In this document: positions 35,200-50,323 of the stretch, one piece after another
How the letters are laid out: every line of letters starts with the position of its first letter
Position numbering within the stretch: position 1 is the first letter of the stretch
The notes under the pieces: generated by a model
What the model saw: only the letters and a program-made list of their open reading frames with translations
The model's database searches: none
Told to the model about the DNA's origin: nothing
Translations under genes and position numbers: made by a program
NCBI GenBank assembly: GCA_964187785.1
Contig: OZ076409.1
Span: 87,484,001 to 87,548,000 of the forward strand
Direction of reading: 5' to 3'
DNA from: Amphiscolops sp. MND2022
Taxonomy: Eukaryota
DNA: 64,000 bases

Positions 35200-37900
35200 A
35201 AAAACGTTCTGTTAAGTCGGCATCAAAACATGGTTCAGGGTTTCAGAGAAGGTGATCAAATCTAAGGAGTGAAAGTAGTATGGCAATGGGAGGACGTTGA
35301 ACGTGTCAGTGCTTGTCGATAATTGAGGTCAAGACGTATCCAGCGGAAAAGTCGTTTTTTACGTACTGATTCGAGCAATTTTATGCATTCCACATTCAGA
35401 TCAATACAAGGAGATACGAAGGTTATATTTGTATATTTGGAAGGACTATTTTTTGTATAGATTTAATTTGTTGTAGGCAGGAACGTTAGGAGAATTCCGA
35501 TTAAGCATGAATAAATCTTTGTTTGCTTTGGTTACTGCCTTTTCGATATGTGGTTTCCACGATAGTTTGCTGCTAATAATAAGTCCAAGGTCTTTATATG
35601 AGCTAATTTTCTCAAAAACGTTTTCTACTTTTTCATTGAAGCATAATTGCGGAGATGTTGTTCTTTCGAATGACATATAGCAACATTTATCTGTGTTGAT
35701 TGAGGTGCAATTATAAAAAGTCCACGAGAATACATCATTCAAGTTATTTTGGAAGGGACAAATGTCAACAGCAAAGTTCAGAAATTTTGCATGATCTGCA
35801 TTTAATACTGATTTACTGGATATGCATACTTTCGATAGATCATTAATGAAAACCAAGAAAAAGAGAGCAGCTGGAAAGGCTCCTTGAGGTACTCCAATTC
35901 TTGCAAGAAAGCAATGCGAGAGCGTTTTATCAACTTTCACTCTTTGGGGTCGAATTCGCAAGTGTGATTCAGAAGCTTGCCTCGACTTCCATAGAAAAGA
36001 CGTTTTCGTAGTGAAATATCGTGATCCCCTCTATCGACGAACGCCTTGTCAAATTCGGTATAAATGGCGTCAACTGGTTTGTTCTGTTCGATAGCTTTGT
36101 ATATGAGATCTAATAGTTTACCAAGTTGTAAGATACAAGCGCGGTTTTTTCTGAAACCGTATTGGGCATCATCAAAGAAAAGATAGAGGTGAAAATAAAA
36201 AGCTCAGAAGAGACAGTATTCAAAGATTTTGGAACTCAAGTCAATGAACGATATTGGTCTGTTGTTGGAGATATCTTGTGTGCTGCCTTCGTTGGGAATA
36301 GGAACGACTATGGACTGCTTCCAGCTCTGTGGATATGTCGAGGAATGACAACGTTTCTTGAAAATTTGGCAGAGAAATTGCAACAATGAATGAGCACATT
36401 TCTTGAGGATTTTTACCAGAAGGTCATCGGGTCCTCTTGATTTGTTAACATTGATTGGTTTACATAGTTCTAGGAAAACGCTTTTGATGATGAACAATTC
36501 TTCAAGAATTGGAAATGCAATGTCAGTTCCAAGGTTACCATATACAAACCTGTTTGATTCAAAATAGACACTGAAAAAAAGTTAGCGAACAGGTTAGCTT
36601 TGTCTAGTTCGGATTCAACTTTGGTCTCACCAAGATACATTATTGCAGCGTAAGGTGTCTTGTTAAAAGACTTGTAGTATTTGAATAGGAGTTATGTGTT
36701 TCGTTTTTCTGCAAGTCTGGATTCATTATCAGATATGTCGCGGGTTGAGGGCGGCTCAAAACTCATTGTTTGCTTGAAAAATGTTGACATGCCACTTGCA
36801 GTGTTTTTCTGAGATTGTTCTCAATCTCTGCAGCAGGTTAGATGTTTCAGGAGAAATCCACGGGGGCATAGTTTCTCGGTGTTTGGTCATTCTACGAGTG
36901 CAAGCTCTAATCTTTGGCCAAAGCCATTCATACCAGTTGCTTACCACGACCGAGACATTTGACCAAAAAATAGAGTAGATAGCGTCCTGTTCTAATAAAT
37001 TGTTCAGCATTAAGTAGTCGGTTTTACAAAAACTGAGGTAGGTGTCAGTCTGAAGATTCAGACCTCCCACTAATATTACGTAGTAATAAAGTGAGTGCAG
37101 CAATTTCATCAGTTCAATGACTTCACTGGTTGGTAGGCAGTAGCTACTATCAGTAGGTGGGTTATACAGTGAAGCAATCAAAATAGTCTTGTTAAGGCAA
37201 GGAATAAGCGAAGCAGCACAGTATCCTAAATCTTTGTCAGGAAGATAGAGTTTTGTTACTGCAGTTAGGTTATGTTTACATAGCATTGCTCCACCGTGAA
37301 GAAATAAACTGCTGTTACAAGGGTAGTTTGAGCGAACTATGTAATATTGGAGAAAAAGTAATTCTCCGTCTTCTATTTTGTCGGTAAGCCACGTTTCACT
37401 AATGCACTATTAAGAATAATAATAACAATAGTAATAATAATTTAATATTAAGCTACAAAGTTAACGGAAGCAAAACGGCGGTAACGGACGGTATAAATAG
37501 CAGAAATTGTGAATATCCGAGACGCAAAAAATTCTAATAGGATTTTTCCTTCATTGGTGAAGTAGGGTCGAATTGTAACTGTTGTTGTGTATCCTTTTTT
37601 GATGTTTTCTATGTTCAAATCTCGTAGAACTGTTTTCACTGTCACTTCTTGCCAGTTGTGGACGTTGTCTACGTCTTTTCCAAAGTTTTCATCTTATTGA
37701 TTTTCTTTCAAAAAACAGACAATTACCAGCTTTTTGGACTTTTCCGTTTTTCAACTCCTTGATTAAAGGTCCGATTTACCTCCTCTTCCTATTAAGTACA
37801 CCTGAAGGGTAGCCAGTTTTGTTCAAACATGTGAATTAACTTAATCCTTAACAATAGTTCTGTAGCTTGTTGAAGAGTTCAGAAGTCTGTTATCACCAAA
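35200..37900 (-). mobile_element. Decayed CR1/L2-type LINE (endonuclease + RT)
   Basis: GVPQGA...FINDL, KSRGPDD, NNRPISF, SLYNPP and ISETWL motifs in broken frames. Confidence 0.85.
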
Positions 37901-38949
37901 AAAATAATTCGAACTGCTTTTTCCGATCGCGGCTGTGGCATCATTCGCGAAAGTTCTGAAGTTGGACCTGGAGCTTTACCGATCGCTCTACTCGTTTTAA
38001 CAATTGCCAATTTATTTCGCCAGTTGCAAAGACAACATTTTTGCTCAAAGCTGTTACAATGTTTTTGACTAAAATCTTGACATGTCAATACTCAGATCGA
38101 AACATAATCAAACATTGCGAAAAGTCCTTTTGGGAAGACCTGTTGTTTAGACCACAGCTTCAAGCCCACCTTTGCTTGACTACTTGGCTGGAAATACGGC
38201 ATGAAACCTTGCTATAACTTGGAGATGCGGAACTGCTTATTCAGCGTCGGCTTAGCAACAACCCATATCAAGCATCAATCCAAATAAGGTGAAGACTCAT
38301 ATCAAATTGCGAAGACGACAACTCGCATCAACGTCAAATAGAAAAATAAACAATATCTGATTGGGTAGTTAATTAGAACAAAGGCATTATGAAAATCAAA
38401 TTCTCTAAACCTTTTGGAAGCGAGAGAGCGCTGTTGTTTTGATAATATTGTAAAAATACAGATTGAATACGGGCATTTTTCAACTATTTTTTACTTTGTT
38501 TTTCCTGGGAAACGATAGAAGTTTAAAAGATAACAAGACGGGAACGTCTAAAGTCTAAAGTTTTTCAACCTCCGAAATGACTGATATATTATGAGAAAAA
38601 CTTAACATCAGATCCAAAAATGAACATTTTCAATAAATTCAATGTACCGAAACATCGAAAAGAGGGGACCTTTTTGGATGTTTTGATATCCATGCTGTTT
38701 GCGTGCGCTGCAAGTAGTCATTTTGGAATGTAAGTTAAGAACGTTCGCCATGTTTCCTCTAGTAAGCGATTTAAAAAAGTAGGAGACCGTTCATCTGCAC
38801 AAACATTGGTTGCCGCAAAATGTTCAGTAGCCTCAAACTGTTCCCAAAATAAGTCTGTTTGTTGCCTATTATGCATTTCACTGCGTTCCTTTGGAGCCTC
38901 TGAAGAGCGTTCATGGTGGGTTTTGATTGTTTGGCACACAAAAGTCAAT

Positions 38950-41900
38950 AGGTGACAATAGGAAGTACTAGGGTATTTTACAGGCCCAGCCTAAAGTTGG
39001 ATTTCACATTGTACGCGATGTTCCGCCTGAGGGAGATCAAAACATTGTAGGCTTTTTTCAACCTTCTGTTGGCTAGATTGAGATCTTCTCTACAAAGATA
39101 CCTAGATCTTTGACTTCTTCGGTGTCCTCAAAATTGATGTTACTTACTTCATACTGATAATCTGTACCTGTTAGTAACTCTAGTTTGTAACTCAAACTAG
39201 TATCGTTTGTCCGGAGCCAAGCCCTTTCCATTGGTGTCAACACAGTTTGAGATAGCTTCCAAGTCGGATTGTATTTGCTCTTGTGTCTTTGCAACAACTA
39301 ATATTTTTAAATCATCTGCAAATATGAAGGGATCACTAAGTTTCAGTGACTCGTGGAGGTCGTTTATGAAAATACAGAAAAGCAAGGGATACACGAGAGA
39401 TCCTTGGGGCACTCCACGTAAGATTTCTAACTGGTGAGATTCAGTATTCCCTCTAACGTATTCCCTCTATCCAGCACTCTAACGTGCTGGGTTCGCTGTT
39501 CCAAGTAATCAAAAAGAAAATCGAGAAAGCAGCCCAACGCCAACTGCACTCAATTATTTTAGCAGCTCATATTGCGGTACTCGATTAAACGATTTCGCAA
39601 AGTCGGTGTAAAAAGCAACTCCTGTATCACTAGAACTCCTATCCAAGGCTTCGTGTATGTCTTTCAAGTATTTCAGCATGTTTGATTGAACTGATCTTCC
39701 ACGGACGATTCCTTGCTGATTTCGGGACAGAAAAAAATGAAGATAGAAAGTATCATACAAGCAATTTTCCAAAACTTTGCTGTCAATACTCAGAAACGAC
39801 ACTGGTCTGTTGTTCTTTACTAATTGCTTGTCGGCTTTCTTGTAGACAGGCACGATAGTAGCATCTTTTCAAATCTTTGCGACATCTAGGAAGTTTTCGT
39901 AGTCTTTTGAAATATTGGGTAGTTTGTTCAAGGTAGTACTCAATTCAGCAGGTGTTTATTTGAAAAGTACTGGAGGACATTTGTTGAGGTCTCTTGACTT
40001 GGTCTTTTAAAATACTTCGAATGTTGGACGAAACGTCAAAGTTTGACAGAACGGATCTTTCGTTTCGAATGTCTTGCAGTGTGCATGCTATTTGTGGAGA
40101 GTAATCCGAAAGAAAGTGCTCGATGAAGAAACGAGCTGTTTCGTTTTCTAAACGACTGGCCTCGTCGCCTTCGTACCTTACTTAGTAATGTTGTTCTCTG
40201 TTGAGATGCTTGAAAATTTTTTCGGGATTGCGTGAGTTTTTCTAGGCAATTCAAACGATTGGTCTCACAGTTCAAAATACAACGTTTTCTAGTTTAGAAA
40301 CGTTATTTCTTCAGTATGCAGTAGTTCTTTCTAGAAGCACTTTCTTCCGGGTTTCAATTTGTTTATGAGGTTCGATGTACTTGAAGTTATTAGAGGAGGC
40401 ATTTTTGTCGATGTCCCGTTCTTAGCAGAACACTTTCCTGTTTTAAACTTTCAGTGTTTTGACACAATTCAGAATATTTATTTTCGATGTTTGTGTGACA
40501 AATTGGACTGAAAGGACATGTGCTCATATTTTCAATCAATTTTATATAGTCAGCCCCCCCGTAACTTTGATACTTCTCAAAGATGGTTTTCTGTTGTGGG
40601 TACGAATCTCAATTTTACTGCATGGTGATTAGTGATACTGTAAACCTTCGTGAAATTATTGTCGTCCTTTTGAGCCACGATATTGCATTTCTTTTGAAAG
40701 ACCAAGTCGATGGTGTTGTTTGCGCAAGTGAAAAGTCAACTACTTTTCGAAGCATGTTGTGATCAAATAAATCAATGACTCTTTGTTCGTAGTCGTCGGA
40801 GCTGCATAACGTGTTACAGTCAACTTTAAACTTTAGGCAGGTTCATTTCCCCACAGACGATTAGTGGAGTTGTTTTTAGTAAAGATTCGGGTATTTGTTC
40901 AGAGTCTGCAGCTTCATATCGGTATTTGCTGTCATCCGGTGGGTTGTACAGTGACAGAGAACAATCTCTAAGTTGTCAAGGTTTATTGAACAGGCTACAC
41001 TGCATAGAGAAAACACGATGTCTAGCTGTTTGGAAACAAGGGTCCCTTTCACGGCGATTGGAAAACCTCCACGAGGAGAGTTGTCTTACGTAGACGGTCT
41101 GTCTGCTCGGACAAGTTTGAACCCTTTCAGTTGTAGTTCACAGTCTGACACAACCTTATCCAACCACGTCTCACACAAACAAATGACACTATACTGGCTC
41201 AAAATAAGTGCATTTAAGATTTTTTTCTTCTTTCTGCTTTCAGAGGCTTCGAGTATTCAGTAACAGCATGTTCATGTAGAATAGCCAGTCAATTTTTCCA
41301 TTTTCTTCAATCAGTAGGAGTTTTTTCCATCGTTAAACAAAGATTCGTTTTTTCAGTTTGTCAGGTGGTACACCGTTGGTGATCAGCAGTCTCTGTTTCT
41401 TCAAACACATATTTTCTTCCAAAGCATTTTCTCTTGACAACATAGGCATCAGGAAAATGTTCCTTTTTTTAGTTCAGTACGTTTCTCAAAGCTTTTTGCT
41501 AGCACCAAGCGTGCTTCGTGTTCTGTGTTCTGTGTTGATGGTAACAAGCACAGTCCTGGACTAATTTCTATCTTTGTCATAATTTCCAAGTTTCCTCATA
41601 TTTTTGATTTTGGTGACAAGGCCATTTTTGGTAAGTAATTCGTTTACCTTCTCGGTGGTTGGGACAAGTTTTTCGTATATCGTTTTGTCAAGATCTTGGG
41701 GCTCCCTGTATTCTCAGACTTGATAAGATGTTGAAGTTCAGGATGAGTTTTTGGTCTAATTCCGGCAACGGTCTACTCGTAGAAACAATTTCAACATTTT
41801 TTGCCGCCCTTCAGCAATGGTTGTTCTGGATTTTTTCCCAGGCAACTCTCAAGACTTCTACTTTTTTGTCAATCAGGGACGTTAGTTTCACCTCAAGCGA

Positions 41901-42910
41901 TTCCAATTTGTTTTCAATTTGAGGGCTTCGACTTGTTCCTGCTCTTTGTGTATTGTCCAGCCTTTAATGATGTTATCTTGTTCATTGATTTCAATAGAGG
42001 TGTTGCATAGTAACATGCAAATGACCCCGAGTTCCTTTTTCTTCATTTTGGGCTATGTTCAAGAGACAAGCACACGAAGGTTCAAGATGCATGAAACTGT
42101 TGTATTGATATGTTCTTTCATTTTGGTGATCTTGCTTTAGCAAATTTTACAGATCTTGTTCTTTTTTGTTTTCTGTTTGGCTTAGGTAACACCGAACTGA
42201 ATCCATGACCCAAAGATACATTTACAAAATCGAACCGAGTGAAAATTCAGACTCTCTTGTTATCTTGTTTGTTTGTACTCTCTCGCTCTCCATTTCTTTG
42301 ATGAGGGTTTTTTTCCTCTAGATGAGCTTACTCAGATGCCAATTTTGTTTTCTGATGATGCTCATTGTTTTCACATCAAAAACTGTTTCTTGACAAAGAG
42401 CCTCGTATTTCGTTTAAACGTTTCTGTCCTGTCGAATCCTTTGCGACAAAAGATCACTTGTGACGTAAATTACAGGTATTTTTAACTTTTTCAGTAGGGT
42501 GTAGACATTTAGGAAAGATTCCCGGGGACAATATACCACACCTTGAGAGTTTTCTAACTTCGTGATCTGTTTCTTCAGTTCACTTCCACTCAGTGGGCAG
42601 GGATTGTTTGATGTGTGGGGCGAGATGGAGTTGATTTCCAATAGCTGTTCAACTGTGAGATGTTGGTTTCCTTTCGCTTTGTGAGGGGTAATGCTATTGT
42701 TGATTACGTCATGCCAGCAGACTATGTCAACACGAGTGTTCAGAAAATCATTTTATCTAAACGACTACGGTCTTTGTGTTTACGTCTTGTTCGTGGGTTG
42801 CGAGACAATCCTGTGATTGCTGTAGACTTATTATAAGCAGGGGGCACATGCAGTATAAGAAGAAAAAGTAAAGGCTTGATAGAAGGAACTCGCTCCCACT
42901 AGGTAACCCA
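38950..42910 (-). mobile_element. Decayed CR1/L2-type LINE with ORF1 region
   Basis: RT motifs PQGS, FADDLK, YTDFAKSF, NNRPVS; endonuclease CLCETWL (~41170); ORF1 remnants at 41340-42200. Confidence 0.85.
42400..42910 (-). pseudogene. SGNH-esterase-like ORF remnant, homologous to 50531-51205
   Basis: LVGASSF, IVCWHDVINNSITPH, GVVYCPRE and PVIYVTSDLLS match motifs of the 50531 ORF. Confidence 0.7.
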
Positions 42911-43999
42911 CAGAAAAAAAGAAGGATCTAACGACTTGACGATCGTAGAGGAGCTGTGATGTGTCGAACCAACCAACAGGTTTCCGGAATCCGAAAATGC
43001 TAGTCAGTGTCCGCCAATCAATAACTGCTCTGAAACTATTTAAAAGATTTATCGCAACAATTAGGCTGGTTTAGCTAACTTAAAAACATCAAATTATGAA
43101 CGTTCCACAGTTCAGGTGGAATACCGAAGTCTTTTCACTGTTCATTGCAATACGCCACTTCCCACACCAGACTGCGAGTTCGTTGACGATGATTTGACAT
43201 TTCATGACAAAATAAGGTTCAATTTATCCTGTCACAAGCAGGTTCCCATTATATGCGAACCGGAACTTTTTGTTATTTAGCTCATTCAACATGTTCTAGA
43301 CAAAACGAAATGAAGAGAATAAAAGATATTACATTTCGGTACAGACATTGTTCCAAAGAAATCACTGTTTTCCTTTCCAAATTCGAGTTTCTAGACTCTC
43401 TGCAATCAGGACAACTTGCAGACTCTGGTTGCGTTTCTTTTGTTCGGGCCGTCCATATTCTGAGTATTTCCGCCTGGATAACTACTGAGTTACAAAAGTC
43501 ACCAAGCATGACTTACGGTCCAGAATTCCGCTTCTTTCTTCGACGCTTTCTTCTTCTCTGTCAAGATAAATTGAGCCTAATTGTTGTGATAAACTGGTTG
43601 ATTAGTTTCAGAGACGTTTGGTTGGATTGATTGATCTACGCTCACGTTGGATTGACCAAGGTCTCCGGAGCTTCTGTGGGTCTTCTGTTGGCTTTTCGTA
43701 TCAATTGGGTAGAACCATACGGGAAAATCTGTTAGTTTGTTCCAATTTTTTCTCCTCCCTACACCTGTTATGTAATTTATGGTTGCAGCCCACTTCCCTC
43801 GACTGTTGAAACAACTACTACGTCCAAATTTAGAAATTTTGTCGAGACTTCGTTACGCACATTCCAGGTCTCAGTTTCTGTCACAGTTCGCAAAAAATTG
43901 CAGCAGCTTCGATCTCAGGGAAACCTGAAATATAACTACAACCTGATCCTCTGGCACGACTTGAATAATAAAACATTACTTCCACATTGAAGCAACAAA

Positions 44000-46900
44000 C
44001 AAATGACCTGTACTACATAGCAACTATTTACTACATTGAATCAACAAAGAGACCAAAAAAGCAGTCAAATACTGCAGAAGATTCGGGACTGCTGATACCT
44101 TCAACCAATTGCTGACTAGAGAGATCTTTTAAATCCGGGCCGACAAACACAGAAAGAAGAATAAGCCCTGGAAACGAGCGCAACTTGCACAAGTGCCTAC
44201 CAACGTCCGCCGCGGCAAAAATTGCGGAGAATTGTTCTTCAACATAGTCAAAGAGAAAATAATAGTCAAAGAAACGATCCTTTGCTAGAAAGAGAAACAA
44301 AAAGGCAAAACAGGATTCTCTAACTGGGTAGTTATTTGAACCTTTATTGGTTGGGAGAGGCACGTGGAGAGTGAACTGCTTGCTTGAATCAGAAAATCAC
44401 TGACATACGCAGTAGAAGTCAATCTACTTCTGACCATAAATGTCCGCAGTGCAAAATTAAATTAGCTGAAAAAAGACTCAACCCACTGCAACGCATGCCT
44501 GGAGCCTGGAATGGTGGCATGGAACATGTGGAGGAAATGAAGTGAATGACTTGGCATTACTAGCAAGGTAATCAGCAGTGCATTGGTACTGCGCGAAACG
44601 TGAAAACGAAGATATACAGATACAAGGAACGACAAAAGCAAAATGCTGGAATTGAAATTAGTGAACAGACTACTGATCTTCTGACGTCCAGTAAAGTGAT
44701 ATACAAAGCAACAAGCAAAAACAAACTGAAAATACTCAAATCCCTTCAGGAAATACATTTGCAGAAAACAATGCTTGAGGCATATACCTTCCACAACTGA
44801 AGCACAGAGAAGGACCCTAAAGAAAGAGAGGTATTTAAAAACACCATATTGATTGTCGGTGGCAATCAAAAGTATCGAGAGAGTATTGAAAATAAAACAT
44901 CTATTTCAAAAGTCCTTCCGATAAAAATTAGTTGTAGTATTCAACACTGCGCGAGGGAACACTCACTTGAAGTTTTGACTTTTCAAGAGGTTGCTGAGGT
45001 CTTCTCAAACTGAAACTAGGATTATCTTGGACCGAAAAACACAATACGAAAAGCTTTTTCTAGAAGAAGTGTAACGGTTAACATTGAAGAAGTCCATATC
45101 AGGGAAATACTTCAGAAGAAGATTCCTGGTTTTGATCTGAAATGTTTCGTTAAAGCGGATGGCAAGATTCTACAGACAAGGAAGCAGACTTTTCAGTCTG
45201 AGTTACAATACAATGTTTTAGAATCAGAGGAAACTTTTATCGACTCCCTTTACTACCAACCATATGAACTTGTCCAGGGGGCATCAGAATCATTCGATGC
45301 ATCAACTATCAAAAGTTTAGACATCTTAGTGGAAACTGCAATTCAAAAACAGCCTGTACACATTGCAGCGAAGAGCATAAATTGAAAACTGCACAAACAA
45401 AAAGTCAGAGAGTAAGTGTAAATGTAAGTAAAGGGACACATGACGCTGATTCATTTAACTGTCCGATCTACATCAAACAAAAGCAAGTAGGAGATGACGC
45501 TCGAGGGCTTACTGCAAAAAATCTGAAATGGATGTCACGATGGATTCTGAAAGAAGAATATCTATCTTACAGATTAATATTTCCGGTTCAAGCAACCAGT
45601 GCAAACTTGCAATAGATGTGTATCTAGAAAAACATAAATCAGACGTGGTTTTCTCAAATGAAACCAAAAAACAAGGGCCTGAAAATGCTTATACTACTTA
45701 TACAGCCGTAAGTAGTACTTCAAACGAGATGTCCGGTGGAGTTGCTTTAGTATTCCGACACAATATGGAGTTTGCCCAAATAAAGGAAATGGAGACTGAA
45801 GAAAACGATAATATTGTAGCTGCAGCTATTATTTGTGGTCCCAAACTACTAACTACAACTTCTTGTTTAAAAAACCTGAGGAAAAAGGTAAACTCATAAA
45901 AAGACTTGAAAAATGAAAGACTTACGCAGATAAAATACACATGGAAGGTGTAATCTTCTTCGGCGATTGCAATGCCAGGCACTATTATTGGGGCGACCAG
46001 AAATGGAATGAACTTGGAAATTGACTTCCAAGTCTAGTACCCACGTTTTCTACTTTAGGCGATGGTGAGCCTACCTTCGTCTCAGTCAATGGGCAAAATG
46101 TAAGTGATATTTGCATCTGCTAGGGAAACTTCATTAACCAATACAATTACTCGCTTACCACTGACGAAAATACCGAACACTTCACAGGAGCCCATTCCAG
46201 GGGACACTTGCCTTTGAAAGTCACACTTTTTAAATCGACAATTGTCTAAATTGTCTATTCAAGGAGAAGCCGTGGATTGCAAAAGCAGTGTGGGAAGAAT
46301 GGAGCATGCATCTAGAAAACGGATTGCTCACTGGAAAGACTTCGGAAGTTGCTTTAGAAATGTCGGGTTCTTTCAAAAGTTTCTTACGAGAAGCCACTCA
46401 ACTTTTCATTCCTTCAAAAACGTTACGCAACACTGTAAACCATTCTGGTGCCCTGAGTTAACTATTGCCAGTTAAGAGCTCAGGCAGATAAGGTGGAAGA
46501 TACGATTTTAATCAGACCATGCCAATCTGAAAAAAACTAGTGGAGGCGAAAGAAACTTTCAAACACCTAGTTAGTGAAAACGAAACAGATTGGATGAAAA
46601 ATTACTTGAAGGCCTTGGGGCACAAAGGAGGCACCGACTTTTGGTTATCATACAAAAAACTCTTCTCCGGAAGCAGTCCCCAAGTGGGACTCCTCAAGAA
46701 TAAACAAGGGGAGCTGCTGCTATCAATAAACGACGTAGCACAAAAATTCCAAACGACATTCTGCCGAGAAAAACGTTTGAAATTGGTCAACTCTGATGAA
46801 CCCATTGCAACAAGAGTCTCATGTTAACTGGACTCGATCATTGATACCTCTGAGCATGTCTTGGAAATTTTCTATGATTCTTTTACATTAAGTGACCTAA

Positions 46901-48640
46901 ACGTATCACTGAAACAATCTTCAAACACCAATTCTTTCGACCCGGACGGTTTCCAAATCAAATTGATACCCAAAAAGTTTAGTACCCATCACAAAAAGTT
47001 TCCTCCTGGAGATTTACAAGACGTGTAGGGAACATGCAGTATGGCACTGGTCTCTGTCACGAATGGTGTTTAAAAGGCAACCAAACAAAGACAGCAAGGA
47101 CGACTGCTCCAGCAATAGACCGTTATCCATTGCTAGTCGTTTTGGCAAGCATTATGAGCGTGTCCTGATCAATAGACTAAACCATTGTTTAGAAATTAAA
47201 ATTGAGCTTGCGTTCGAACAAGAAGGTTTTGGAAAAAAAAACGAAACACTGTCAGATATTTATACAGGCTACATCTTAAAGTGAAAGACTCCAGAATTAC
47301 GAAAACTCGGACTGCGTTACTCAAAATTGACCTCGGAAAGACTTTCGACAGTGTGTGGATTGATGGCTTACTGTATAAACTCAGACAATATTATGTGGAT
47401 GACACAAAATTCTCCATCAACTAACCTTTCTGAAGAACCGAGAGGCAATCATTGAGTTATCAGACTATCTTTCGCCTGCTTTTAAAGTAGACATTGGTGT
47501 CCCTCAAGGTAGTGTCCTGTCACCGCTCCTGTTTGTATTTCTCCTCAACAACTTTCAAATGTGACGAACCTTGTCACTACAGATTCGTCGGAAACAGTGC
47601 TACTAAGATTTAAGACATTATTGAAAGCGACATGTCTGAAAAACGACTGAAAGCGACATCTCTGACCTATCTTGCAGGGGAATCGAAAAGTGGTGCAACA
47701 AATGGAGAATGGGTGTGAATGGCTCCAAGACAGAACTAATTGTATTGAACTGAGAAAAAAACACCTCTGTGCCTAATTTGAGCAATGAAATTTGTGCAAT
47801 CAAAGAGTCACTAAATCACTCGGTCTGTTGATTGATGATAAGCTAAGTTACAAAGATCACTCCAAAAGAATCTGTAGCAAAGCTGAATGTAGCTGGGATA
47901 CTGTTTCTAGCATTCTGGGATGTAAATGGAGCTTGACAATTCCGGCTTTGGTTGTCCTATACAAGACGATTATCATCCGACAGCTTTCGAAAGCATCAAT
48001 AAAATGGTTCGAGAAAAAAAACTGTACTGGAAATCAAAGTCACTGCATCTTTTGATATAGCTTCACTCCTACCGTCAGCACATGTGAAACATTGTTAGGA
48101 GTAACTCCAATTGACCTATACAATACTGCCATTGAATTTCAATTAATCATCAAGGTCATAAAAGCCCAGGACCTTGTGGGTAATACACACTCATTTTTGA
48201 GATGAATAAAAGTAAACTACACCACAGTAAAGCAAACTCTTTAAATTTAGAGCGTTCTTTAAAAACGAATCTCTAACTGAATACAGCAAACAAGAAACAG
48301 ATCAATCCATTGGACACAATTGGATTCAGAGATGGAGCAGCATCCAGAAGAAAGCCCTCATGCAGCATCTACCCAACACACAACCACAGATGAACACCTG
48401 TTGCCCGTTGACAATTGAAGACCCTTAGATTGCGAACCCCTTTGTTTTTGCCGACTTTGCCTGGAAGATGTTGAAATGCGTGTCACCAATGTGTATATGT
48501 GGAAAGTCTGTAGATAATCTAATGATAAAGATGGTTATGAACAACTCAGGAACTACATTTTGAATTCAAATAAAACAAACATTTTTATATACAGATTTTA
48601 TACAGATACGGATTTTATACAGATTTTATACAGAAATTAT
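44000..48640 (+). mobile_element. Decayed LINE (Jockey/I-like) with zinc-knuckle ORF1, endonuclease, RT and ATACAGATTTT tail
   Basis: ISILQINISG, NETK, SGGVA, GDCNARH, NRPLSI and GVPQGSVLSPLLF motifs; short tandem tail at ~48590-48635. Confidence 0.8.
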
Positions 48641-48659
48641 AAATCTCTGTTGAGATAGC

Positions 48660-49300
48660 AGGTTTCCGGATAGCTATTGTTTTTTTCCGCATGAGTTGTC
48701 TGAGGTTGTTTTGGTCCTTTGAAATGGTTGAGTTGTTCATGCCAGTCCCAATATCAAGGTGAACTTTTGCGTTGTCTGACTTTTGTCCGTGTTGATGTCA
48801 ACCGTGTTCTTACGTCAAGGATCGAAATCCACATTCTTGGATGCTCGAAAGTAGGTGAATTAGCACACTGAACGTACTTATTGTGTTTTTGAAAGATTTG
48901 AGGATCTCCCAACAAATTTTCCACACAACAGTCGGACGACGATCAACGAGCTGGCAGTTTTCCGAAGCAGTGGATTTCAATGGCTCTTCAGATCGGCAAT
49001 GCGGCCTGTGTTCTAGGAACTGTGAGCGACAGAGATGCGTTCGAAGATATTTATTACATATAGTTTATTTTTTGAAAAACCTCTATATGATTGCAGTTTT
49101 TCAAAAACTTTTCTACCGGTTGACTGGGATTGTGGCTGGTAGGAGTAGTTTGTTGGTTGTTTTTTTTGTTACTGGTCTACTGGGATAGTGGCTGGTATGG
49201 GGTTCGCTACTGTCGTTGCAGACCACGGTTGTGTGTCTTCTCCCCCAACATGATAATACACATGGCACTTGATTGATGACGAATATCCATGATATCTATT
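48660..49300 (-). mobile_element. Possible Penelope-like remnant; its 49238-49300 segment recurs at ~59880-59942
   Basis: NLRQLMRKKTIAIRKP resembles the region preceding the Penelope DKG motif; weak evidence. Confidence 0.3.
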
Positions 49301-50142
49301 AATGGTAAAAAATGAAGATTGAAAAATCTTTATGGCTCAACAAATTGGCAATGCGTCTTGTTCTCTAGAAACAGTGAGCACAGGGATGCTTTTGAAGAAA
49401 TTTATTCTAGTGAAGGATGCTGAAAAATTGCAAAACGTTATTCAAAATTCCAGAACTAATCAGATGAAAAATTAAATTGTCTTAATAGGCCTTGAAAATG
49501 CCCGAATCGACGTTGAATTTTAGTACTCCACAGCATACCACTGCTCGCATGCCGCTGGTATTTAAGATAGAAAGTTTGCGCTGCTATGCGGAGGAAAAAT
49601 TTTTTCTTTCTACCTCTCTGGTATAATGATAACAGCGTATGTTGATTTTGAATGTCTCTTTTGTTAAAATAATTGTCCTCTTAAAATTGAAAAAAACTTC
49701 GAGGAATGCAGCCGAATTTTGAGTAGTAAGTCAACCCTCCTAGTCTAATTTAGTTTTATCTTTGGCGCCTCAGGGACTTGAGTGTCTCCGTTGGTACCTT
49801 GATTAAAACTCTTTTACTATGGGTGGACGGAACGACAAGAAAGAAAACAAAACTGGATCTGCAACAATTGGCCTGAAATTATTGGGAATGAACGTGCAAT
49901 AATCTGTGATTCGTGCGATAAATGGTCTCACGCCAACTGCGATGGACTCAACAAACAAGGAATTGACTTCATCAAACATTCGGTTCGAAGAATTTTATTA
50001 CACTTGCGAAGGTCACGGTAATAAGTTCGAACGCATAAGTTCAAATTTTAATTTCGAATGGATTAAGTTCGAATTTTCCCAAAATTGGAACAAGTTCGAA
50101 TCACTGTGTTCGAATTTTGAACTCAGTAAAAAACGTGCTCCT

Positions 50143-50323
50143 GATATTTCCCCATTTCATCTAGTGCTCCGCGGCCCCTTGGGGCCGCCTATGTTCCCAT
50201 CTTGCTAAGCGAGGTCGAACAGGAGCAAAGACCTATTGGGAACGGACATCGCGAAGCGATCGTAGTGGGAGCTGGTCTTTGCGACGATGAGGGCGAGCGT
50301 GCATACACCGGATATGCCCCACA
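50143..50323 (+). repeat. Structured ~180-bp core repeat, copy 1
   Basis: Highly similar to 57189-57370 and to the reverse complement of 59010-59190. Confidence 0.9.
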
